A stretch of 64,000 bases of DNA from Camelus dromedarius (Eukaryota): positions 43,588,001 through 43,652,000 of the forward strand of contig NC_087437.1 in NCBI RefSeq assembly GCF_036321535.1, written 5' to 3'. Below the pieces are notes generated by a model that worked only from the letters and a program-made list of their open reading frames with translations, ran no database searches and was not told the origin of the DNA. How positions within the stretch are numbered: position 1 is the stretch's first letter; each line of letters begins with the position of its first letter. Positions 53,677 to 64,000 of the stretch are shown piece by piece. The position numbers were made by a program, and so were the translations under genes.

Positions 53677-54140
53677 TGCATTAGTCAGGGTTCCCTGGAG
53701 GAACAGAACCAATGAAAGAATATATATCTGTATATTGGTTCATGCAGTTGTGGAGGCTGGGAAGTCCCAAGCTCTACAATCTGTTTGCTGGAGACCCAGG
53801 AAAACAGACTTGTAATTCCAGTCCAAAAGCCAGCAGACTCAAGACCCAAGAAGAACCGATGTTCCAGTCCAAGTCCTAAGACCAGAAAAAACCAGCATCC
53901 CAGCTAAACAGCCAGGACTTCTTACTCAGCTTTGTTGTTCTATTCAGGTCTTTAGTTGATTGGAGGAGGCTACCCACCTACAGTAGGAAGGGCAACGTGC
54001 TTTACTCAGTCTACTGATTCAAATGTTAATCTCATGCAGAAAATGTCGTTCATTTAAACAACATATCCAGAATAACGTTTGGCCAAATGTCTGGGCACCC
54101 CATGGCCCAGTCAAATTGACACATAAAATTAACCATCACA
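53677..54140 (-). mobile_element. ERVL solo LTR, MLT2B-like
   Basis: Starts 'tgcattagtcagggttc..gaacagaaccaat' and ends 'ggcccagtcaaattgacacataaaattaaccatcaca'. Confidence 0.9.
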
Positions 54141-54279
54141 GCTTGCTAATGGTGCCGGTTAATGCCGTAATTATACAGATTGCTTGGGAGAACACACTGG
54201 AATGGGAACCAGGACCTGTGGGAGACACAGGTAGGAGGCTTTGTGAAGGAGTAGAGTGGAAATGCCAAGGAGTTTAAAA

Positions 54280-54440
54280 CCATATAGATTGGGTTTGGAT
54301 CTTGCCTTTTCCACTCTTCAGTTGGGAAAGTTACATAACTTTCTACTCCTCAGCATCTCTACATGTAAGCTGGGGATTATTAAACCTGCTTCCTGGACTT
54401 GCTGAGAGTATTTCTCAGGAAAGGGTCTTCAAATCATCTA
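54280..54440 (+). mobile_element. MIR SINE
   Basis: 'tgggtttggatcttgcc...ttgggaaagttacataactt..ctcagcatctctacatgtaagctggggat'. Confidence 0.6.
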
Positions 54441-54449
54441 CTACATAAC

Positions 54450-54560
54450 CACATAAACTCAGAGGGTGCTTGCCTAGGTAGATTCCTAGACCCTATCCCT
54501 GAGGATTCTAATTCAATAAATCCAGAATGCAGCCCAGATCTCTGACATTTTCGCAAACCT
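54450..54560. mobile_element. MER5-like fragment
   Basis: 'agattcctagaccctatccctgaggattctaattca...gcccagatctctgacatttt'. Confidence 0.5.
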
Positions 54561-56650
54561 CACAGCTGACTACCAAGCCTGCCAAGCCCGGACAAGCACA
54601 GCTGTGAGGTTTCAGTGTAAGCCGCCTGGTGCATAGTAGGAGCAGAACAAAGCCGAGCTGTCCTAGACAAACCGTCAGCTCCTGGAAGACAGGGATGGTG
54701 TCTGTTGACCCTTGCGTCACCAGCAGCCCAAGGCCATGACACAAAGCAGATGCTCTGAAAATACTGGTTGATGTGGATGGTTAGAAATCACTAGTGAGAG
54801 TTGGAAGCAAAGACCAGGAGAGTCAGAGAATGTTAGGTTCAAGCGAAACAGCATAAAAACAAGGCATTGCATCTGAAAATAAGCAGGATTCCTGACTGCA
54901 GTTCAGTCTTCCAGTTGTCTGCATTAAGGGGGAAGAGCAGCCACCAGGTATCGGGTAGAAGCCACTGGAAAGACAGTGGAAGAAAGAAGTTAGAAAATCT
55001 AATGGATACTGTAGCAAGAAGGAACCAGGCAGAGGGATGATGCAAAACTTATTGGCAATCTGGATCAAGGTGTCCACAAAATCAAGGATAAGACGATGCT
55101 AGCTGGAGAGGAGAGACTTTGCCCTGAGAGTCTGCAGCAGAAAATTGGGATACCTAGCTGAGTTTGGGAATTTGTGGGTGAATTCTGGCGGGCAAATCAT
55201 CAGAGGTAGGTGGTTTCAGGGGTGGTACCAGACTAAATCATAACTAAAAGCATACTGAAGGAAAATAGATGCATCACCGGTTGTATGATAAAATCAGACA
55301 ACTTGAGCAGGCCAGCCTCCTCAATCAAAACTCTGATTGTAAATTGGTGTGGCAATCTTCTGCAGAGATGCACATGTTGGGACCCTATTTCCACACTCTC
55401 CATCTCGTACACAATTCATGTTTTATAGCTGGACTAACAGGGTTGTTATTGGGATCATAACCAAGTAATCCCTAAGTACAGAATATCCTGAACAAAAGTA
55501 TTGTTTGCCTACACACACACAAAGTAGAAGACAAATTTACAGGAAGATAGCATTATTTCAAAAATAATAGTGAATTGACCATGTGAAAAATGATCTTACA
55601 GGCTTAAGAAATATACTTGACATATACATACATAAAACTGTATTCCTTTCATTTTGCATTTGATTACCTCAGATATTATGCATAACGGTGTATAGATCTA
55701 ATTTCCTCGTCTTAAAATAATGGTTGTCTGGGGCATCCCTTTGCATATGATCGTTCTTTCTCAGTACCTGCGTCTTCTATCTTATTATGCATATGAAATA
55801 TTTAGATAGCAATTAGCCCAGCGATTCATTGTATTAATTACTTGCTTTTTAGAAAGTAACATGCCAGCAATCTGCAAAGAAAACCACCAAATAATTCTAC
55901 GGCCATTCAAGCACTTGCGTGTTTTTAACAGATAAATCCATTACATGGAGTCATTCATGGGGAATAAATGGCAAGCAAAAGTAGGATTTATCAGGGTAAA
56001 GCCCTGAGGGTTGTAGAAAACACAGGAAAATCCAATTAGAACTGCAGGGAGTTGGTTCAATCTCTTAATCGGCACTGCAGCACAGCAGATTAATATTATT
56101 GCCTACTAGTTAAATTTTATTACTCCATTTTTCTGTCTGTGGTCCTCTGCTTTGCCAGCCCACCTTGAAAAGATGGCAGGCAGAACCATATAATACTTTT
56201 TATGGCCTTGGCATCAGTCCTGTTTTGTGGCTTGAAAGATAAGTACCATTCTAGAAATGATGAGGTGAGGAAGCCGGCGACACTTAAGCTTGTTTTATAA
56301 GCCAGAGTGTGGGGCTGTTTGCACTACATTCTCATCACGAAAACCATCAGCACGAGCACTTTGCCAGCTCCCACTGACTGACAGCAGAATTTACAGGAGC
56401 CATTTTTCTCCAGAATTGTCCTCATAAAGTCAGAGGCAGCAAGAGACAGTGACTACAGCAAAGACTCCAAATAGGTGGTTGTCTTGGGTTCCAATTACAA
56501 CAAAGACACAGATTTACCAAATGACCTTGGGCAAGTCACTCAACTTCTTGGTGTCAGGAACAATCCTTGAAGTTTCTTTAACATCAGTTTCCTGGATAAG
56601 CAGTACTTACACAAATACCCATAAATATTTTCTTCTGAAAAAGTCATGCT

Positions 56651-56843
56651 GTGTGCCTGCCTCTGAGTGTCCCTCTCTTTTCTTCTATTAAGACACTAGT
56701 CATTTGGATTTGGGATCCACCCTAATCCAGTATGACCTTATCTTAACTGATTATATTTGCAAAGATTGTATTTCTCGGTAAGTTCACATTCCGAGGTTCT
56801 GGGTGGACATAAATTTGGGGGTGACACTATTCAACCCTCTTCA
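56651..56843 (-). mobile_element. Partial MLT1C-like LTR
   Basis: 'ccaccctaatccagtatgaccttatcttaactgattatatttgcaaaga...cacattccgaggttctgggtggacat...gggggtgacactattcaaccc'. Confidence 0.85.
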
Positions 56844-58189
56844 GTAGGCAAATTAAATTTGTAGCCCTAAACCTTTTAATATTTTGGTATGAGTAGACAT
56901 ATAACTATTCAAACGATTTAAATCGTAAGTCTTTATTAATGGGTTATTGCACACATGCATTAAACACAGATAGTCTGCTTGATTGTATGGTGTGTTAACT
57001 TATGCAGCAAGTGTTTATCTTGTTTGAAAACTTTTAGACAGCTAGCTATAACAGAACAGACTGTATAATTCTTTCTTGTACTTATGTTACAAGTACTTCA
57101 ACTAACAAAAGACTTCCAGGGTTAAGAGTACATTCTTTTGCTCTATATTAGAAACTTGGTTGGCAAAAGTTGACCTGATTCAAAGTTTCGAAAACTAATA
57201 AATCAGAGCCTTCTCCCTGCCCCAAATCAATGCACACATTACTTCAAATAGTAAATAGATGTAATATGTGGCTTGCAAAGCAAATAATGTATTATTTCAC
57301 AACCAATACGATTTTCTCTCACTTAATCATTTTTCAAATAAAAGGTTCCTAGGTTAGGTTTGGGGTCCATTTCGCATTGGCACAAGAGCTCATTAGATTC
57401 AGCTCAGTCAATATATCTGGCAAAATAAGATTCCTGTTTGGGCAAGTGAAGTTTTCTTTTCTCTGAGTGTGCAATTTTCTTCCACTTTTCAGGTTCACAA
57501 GACACATGTAAATGCAATCTCCCTTCTGCACACGACTGATTCACTTCTTTCTTCCATGTCTCCCCAGGTGTTGATTACACCATCCCACTTGCTGTTTTTG
57601 TCTATTTTACCTTATGGAGTTGTTGAATTGATACAAATGGAAGTGTTTATTTGAAAACACAACTCTTTCCCTTATACTTTTACTATTCTAAGGTTGTTAC
57701 TTTCCTTTTGAAAGTGTACCACTAATAACTTTTCCACATTTTCAAAATCAATTCTCACATTTCATGTAATTTATTTGCTGAGATTCTTACATGGTTTGTG
57801 CTGGCCGAGAAGGGAGTAGCCAATCGCGCCTCCTTCAGGGATTTTATAGATCTCTTCCGTAAATCACTGAGAAGATGTTCCCTTCTCCTAACTGGGTTCT
57901 CACATTGATCAGAGGAGAGCTGATGATTTCACATTGTTCTTGTCCCTGCAGCACCTCCCACCTCTCCTCCTACCCTTGCCTTCCTAACTGAATATGTCTT
58001 CTATCTAGCTTACTCTTTTTTTGTGCCAAATCAGTGTGCCGATTCTGCTTTTTTACATTTATCGTTAATTTGGTCAGTGTCTGTTTTGGTCCTTGACGAT
58101 ATGTTCCTATGGGGAAGGTTCACATCTGTGTAAGTATCACGCACAATTAAGTTCCTAGCAAGCTTGGTCCTCTTCCCTCACTTTCAGTT

Positions 58190-58760
58190 TCTTTTCCTGT
58201 CTCCTTTTCTTCTGTCAGTCCCTTAATACTGGTATTCTGCAGAGTTTCTTCCTTCTCACTTTAGCTTTACCTAATCATACCCACTCACCGGCCTTCAGCC
58301 AACCTGCCCACTGGCAACTCTCAAATCAGCGTGTGCAGTCAGATGTCTCCTGCTGACTTCTAAATCTGTATCCCAGATCCAGAACATGTACTTTGTTGAC
58401 AACTGAATGTCTCATGCGTACTTTTTAAAGAAATATTTTTCAAACTGTGTTGACTTCTTTTCACAGAAATAAATGCACTTTGTATCTCAAATCGCAGAGT
58501 ATCCCCAGAGACACAAAAGGGCTACATGATTTGGCGGCCCCAGGAACATGACCATAATTCAACAAATTATCATTACGTCCAAGTTGCTCTTCCTTCTGTA
58601 TTTTCTCTCCTAGTTTATGAGACCCTAGTACAGAAATCCAGAAGTTATTTTGGGCTCTTCTCTTCAACATTTCTTACCAAGTTGGCCACAAAGTCATTAG
58701 CTTTCTGCTCCTTAAATCTCTCTCAAGTTGAACCCCAACCCTCTACCCCACTGCATGGAC
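58190..58760 (+). mobile_element. L2 internal relic
   Basis: Pyrimidine-rich L2 ORF-like phrases 'caactctcaaatc', 'caactgaatgtctca', 'ttctgctccttaaatctctctcaa'. Confidence 0.5.
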
Positions 58761-61619
58761 TATGATTGCATGAGATTCCTGGTAGTTCTGCTTGTCTCTT
58801 ACCTGTCTCGGGAACAGCTAACCCATCTTCCATATTTTCTTTTCCCTTTGTTTGCTTATCTTTCTCCTTCCATATGGCAGCCTTTTTCTAGGTTCTAGAG
58901 ATGGGTGAGAAATAATGCCTCTCCTGAGTTACTTACAATCCAGTGGAAGAAACAGAACTGTAGGCTGGTAATTACCATACCATATATAAAATGTGTTACC
59001 AGTTTGAACAGCTTCAACATTTCAAAAAAGGAATGACATGGAAATGTAAAGAAATCACCTAACGTAACTTAAAGTTGCTGTCTTGAGGAAGTAGATCTAT
59101 ATGCTCACCTGGCATCCACTGCTTCTACCTTCCCCTTTAGGAGATGCAAGAGGCTAACTGAACCTTTTTGCACTAGTCTTTCATCTTTGGAGAGTCACTC
59201 AAATACTTTTCTAGAACCCCCAGGATATCACAGAACATGCTTCCAACATCGCTGATATAGCCCAGCACATTCTGCTGAGAGATAAGGAATCTGAGGTCAA
59301 GAGAGGACAATTGATGTGTCCAAATTCAGAGAACTTCTCAGAGGTTAAATCAAAAGGAAAACCCAAACCTTCTAAGTAACAGCCTGTTTTTATTTTGAGT
59401 TTGATGCAGGCTTTTTCCTCATCTCTGCCACCCGTTTATCATCCCCCAGAACAGAAAAAGACAACATCCTAAGTATCTCATTAATTCTATACCTGCGTTG
59501 TGCAGTCTGAGATGTTAGTTACAGTATAATAGTCTAAAAAAAAAAAAAAAAAAAAACCCGACAGGAGTTTTTAATCTTGTTTGAAATTTTAATGAAAAAC
59601 ATAGCCTTCTACAGACAAACAAAAGTATGCTTGGAATTTTAACGGTTTTCAGATGCCACTAAACCCTTCCAGGGCTCATGGGCATTCACTTTGAGAAGTG
59701 GGCAAGGAGAGAAGAAATTCAGCAACCAGCATCTGGTCCAACCAACTTGTAACATGAATAACCAAAGTGATGCAATATGCCTTGTACTATTGGTTTATCA
59801 CTATATTATTAGGCTATTCTTGCAAGTCAGAAATATGAGGGTGCAGAAAAATGACGCTTATAATTAGGACCATGAAATATCTTCATATTTTGGGTCCTTT
59901 TTTGTTTTCATTTTGTTTTGTATCTACAAAAATTTTTTTGTAGTTTTTAAACTACAATTAAACTCTAGAGTAGCAAGACATATTAAACACATCAAGGAAA
60001 ATATTTCTAGAGTAGAAATATCAATATGAAATATAGCCAAAGAAGATAAGATCTTATTTCATTAGAAGTTGTGTAGATAGGACCACAAATTTCCATATAG
60101 TTTTCTCCTTTATTCTAAATGTCATATTTCCTATATGCAGCAAAATTGCATACTCACTAATGGCCACCAAGACTTAATTATCGCCTGGATCATCAAAATC
60201 TGTTCGAAGAGATGATTAAGAGACAGATGGCTAGAATTGTCTCTGCTATGAAGAAAGCATGGAAGTTCTTTATGAGCACAGCTAGGAAATGACTGTAGAT
60301 GCCAAGAAAGTATATGGCTTATAATTAAAGGCACATACTGTATCAAGGGGGAAGAGATGGACTATTAGCTACTCCCCCTGGTTATTTAGTTGTGTTTGTG
60401 ACCATCCAGTTCTCATGCAATGCAAGACCTTGGCCCAGCTCAGCATGAAAAACTAAGCAGGTCATGGTGTGGGAGGGATTATCTCCAGAAGTTTCTTTTC
60501 CAGGTTCAATTAGCATGACTCAGAAGTGTTAGTTTTAAGCTCTAGTTTGTATGTGACTTTCCATATTGCTGTAACATTGGGGTGCCATTAAAAGTAACAA
60601 ATAGGATGTTTTTAGGCTAGATTTTGTTGAGCTCAGCTTTTACCAGACTCATGATGCATTGAATTTTATTGTTACTTCCTCTCCTTTTTAAGTATCTTAC
60701 AACATAAGAACCAGGTGCTATATGTTTGTTACTCAATTAAAAAGGACTATATACCATCCACGAAAATTTAAAACAACACTAAAATGAAGAAGTGACTTGC
60801 TGAAATGTTCCTTTGTGCGTATTCTCCCCATTTCTTGGGCTGCCTGATTATAGCCATTCTACGCAAATTGGCAGTTCAGGGAATTATTCACTTCGAGAGG
60901 TGATCACTTCTTCCATTTGTCCCAGCTGCAAAGGAACACCTGTGTTTTAATTAAGTTACATCTTAAAGACCTGGTTATTTATAACTGGCATACAAGAAAT
61001 GAAAGCAAGTAGAGATAGGATCCTTGGCTTTAAGTGATTCAGATATTAAAAATAATTCTAGGGTAGGTACAGTAAGGTCTATAACAGGCAAATTGTTAAC
61101 AGTAATGAAGATTAATTGCATAGGATTCACTTGAATGTATAAATGGGGATGAGCAATTGTACTTACCTGCTGGGTTCACATGGATGTTATGTGAAAAACA
61201 TAAAGCAATGTTTACTCCTGTACAATTAGCTAATTGAACACTTAGATAATTTGAAATACAATAGATTCATTACATTAACCAAATCCCTGTGGAATTGTAA
61301 GACTAAAACATAGCCCCCCAAGGGAATACGAACTCTTGCTACTTACTGGGGAAAAAAAATTAAGGATTTTTGCTGTCGTCTCTATTTTAGAGATAAGGAA
61401 TCTAAAGCTAAGAAAAATTAGTAGTTCACAAAAGTCATTTGAATGATAGCAGAGATTCAAACACAATTGTGTTCAATTCCTTAATCACATGATTTATCTA
61501 CAGCACACAGTAGTCATACCACTTAATATAATTATTTTCCATTTATTTCCAATTATTTTATAACTTATCAGTGCAGCTGTATTTTTTAAGAGTATAATTT
61601 TTATAACAGATAAAGAGTC

Positions 61620-61760
61620 TCAGAATTCGTATAATTCGTCTGGCTCAATCTGTTCATTTTACAGATAAGAAAACTGTGACCAAAAAAGGCAAAGAAAATT
61701 TCTTAAAGACTAATAGATGTCTGGTGGAAACACATCAGGTGTTGGAACCTAGATTTCAAA
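61620..61760 (-). mobile_element. MIR SINE
   Basis: 'ttcattttacagataagaaaactgtgaccaaaaaagg'. Confidence 0.6.
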
Positions 61761-63014
61761 CAATCTTCAGAAATATTTAATGAATAGCATTATTCAACTA
61801 ATTCAAGTGGAATTATATTTCAAGTCAGAGATGGAAAAAGAAATTAATGTTATAATAATCTAATATTTATTTGTCTGATATGAATATGCCAAGGATATTA
61901 AAAATATAATTTTGCTAGTTGCCATTAAAGTTGGCTATCATATGAGAGCAAATAACAGGATCAAATCTGACACTATTTGCACATTATATATACTTAAGTG
62001 ATTTTTAATATATGTTTGTACATATACTTATGGAAGTTCCTATATCCTATTTGGTAGTAGTGAGAAAGCTTCATATTAGCTCAGAATTACTGTGTTTTTT
62101 CTCTTACTATTTTCTCACATTGAAATGATTTCTCAATTGGTGCTTCCATAGAGAATTCCTCAGTTAATTATGTAGGAATTTATTAAGATAATTGATTCAT
62201 GACATTAAGATTACCTTTGTTCATTTGATTTTGGAGGAGCACTACTGTATCAAATAAACAACCTCGTCATTTGCTACTTTTTTCCAGTGAGTGCTCAGGA
62301 AAGAAATTAAAATGATACATCATCAGAGTATCTTCCTGTAAAGTCAGATGAAACGACTTTTGCAAATCAAATGGCATGCAGTTCCACCTATCAGAGATTT
62401 GGCTCAATTATGAGTCTAATCATGGTTCTATTAACATAATCATTTACCTTCATTCTCAAAGGCCCATATTTGCAGGATACCTACTACATGGTGGGGGCTA
62501 AGGAAACAAATCTAAAGACATCGATGTATTTTCTTCACCATGTATATAAGAGGACATAAAATATCTTTTAGAAAACAAGTGTGACATATACGCTATTCAG
62601 CATGGGGTAACTACATAGTGGCCATTTTAATTCCATAATAATGCGATCCTTCAAATAAAATTACATTTGCCCTTCATTTACATTACGTAAAACGAATTCA
62701 TTTTAACTGCAGCATGAATTATGCCCTTCCTTTTCACAGCTCTTCTTCAGAGTATGCCCTGCCCCCAATAAGCATTTTTGTACAAATCTAGTGATGAGAT
62801 AACATGGCTTTTCTAGTCTGCCAGGTTTCTGTGGGAACCAAGAAATAGCACAGATATTCATCATGTTAAGTAGACTATTGTATTATATTGATTATAAAGC
62901 AGACATTGATAACTTCCTGGAGGGTGTTACCTTGTAGGAATTAGGCTGTAGTGTCCATTTCCTACTGAAGACAGTAATTCCATCTGTTTCCATGGCGCAT
63001 CAAGAGGTCGTGCC

Positions 63015-63190
63015 CGTGTTGTGGTCTAATGTGCAGACTCTAGCCTCAGGCTATTTGGATTTTGATTTCTAGCTCTGCTGCAGATTGTGTGACCTTAAAT
63101 TCTTTACCACTCTGTGTTTTAATTTCACCACAGTAAAATTATTAAGAAAATTAAATGAGCTACCATTTCTAAAGGACACCATAACAGGAC
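63015..63190 (+). mobile_element. MIR SINE
   Basis: 'gcagactctagcctcagg...ctagctctgc...tgtgtgacctt...ctctgtgttttaatttc'; a second MIR core follows at about 63270-63340. Confidence 0.65.
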
Positions 63191-64000
63191 CTGGGAGACA
63201 GAAAGTGAAACAGAAAGAAAATGGGCTTTGGTGCCATACAGAAGGAGGTTTTAATTATGAGTCTGCAATGTATTAATTGTGTAATCTTGGGCAAGTTTCT
63301 TAAAATTTGTGAGTTTCAGTTTCCTTACTTAAAAACAAGACTGAGATCTGCATCAATCCTGGCTCATGATACACACCCGCCCTATCCCCTCTCCCTTTCT
63401 TCTCAAACTCTCAGTTTACAAATTCGTAACAATCAAATTATGTAATTCCCAAATTAATAAAACTGAAATGATAAGTTTGTATTAGTAGCTTTATTTGAGG
63501 CATAATATACTTTCTTTCAGGTCTTTGTCTTAGGCAAAATTCTCCTGTCAATGAAGCTGAAAAAAAAAAAATCTAGCAGGTATATGTATTTGTAGGATTT
63601 GCTAATTAATTTAAGGAAGTTTTCAGCAAGAACAAAGCAAAAGAATATAATACATTTCCACCTTATTGTAATTGTGATTATGTGATATCACTCTTACAAG
63701 GTTTTTTTTTTTTTTTTGGTGGAAAGGTAATTACTGCTTCTTAGGCTGGGTTTACCTAAGCCTGCGATTGTTGTTGCTGATCGCCTGCGTATGGGAACCT
63801 ATCTCTCTACTCCTGTATGAGCAGAATATAGTTGAGCCTCCAGTTCTTGTGTGATATTAATTTGGCAAGAAACACACTCATCCTAAATTCATGAATTAAA
63901 AGAAGTTCAGAAAAGTTCTTAAATTCCTTCTGATCAAAAAAAAATTTTTTCCCATTTCACTATAGTCTTCAGATACTTTTTTCCAGAAAATTTTCCTACA

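Noticed and set aside
1..64000. CRISPR arrays, operons, tRNA/rRNA/snRNA genes, processed pseudogenes
   Set aside because: Eukaryotic repeat-rich DNA; no regularly spaced repeats, cloverleaf or recognisable mRNA-derived sequence found by eye.

Overview
AT-rich placental-mammal genomic DNA, either a large intron or an intergenic region. I cannot support any host protein-coding gene, RNA gene or CpG island here. The only ORFs with recognisable protein identity are LINE-1 ORF2 fragments (about 8.3-9.9 kb and 24.36-24.82 kb). The window is a mosaic of ancient MIR and L2 relics, MaLR/ERVL solo LTRs (MLT1/MLT2, all on the minus strand), hAT-Charlie MITEs (MER3, MER5) and old and young L1 3' ends. 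The L1 3'-UTR types, plus the absence of Alu, Bov/CHR/PRE, Can or ERE SINEs, tentatively suggest a camelid-like artiodactyl. The most notable items are: a pair of well-formed minus-strand exon-like segments at 39.8-40.3 kb with a strong-Kozak ATG and RFX X-boxes; a near-consensus CTCF site with its upstream motif at 37.7 kb; an MLT1 LTR with an internal inversion and a nested L1; an L1 lacking its RT domain; and a cluster of tiny L1 3'-end insertions. I found no convincing novel biological system. Repeat subfamily names and boundaries were assigned by eye and are approximate.
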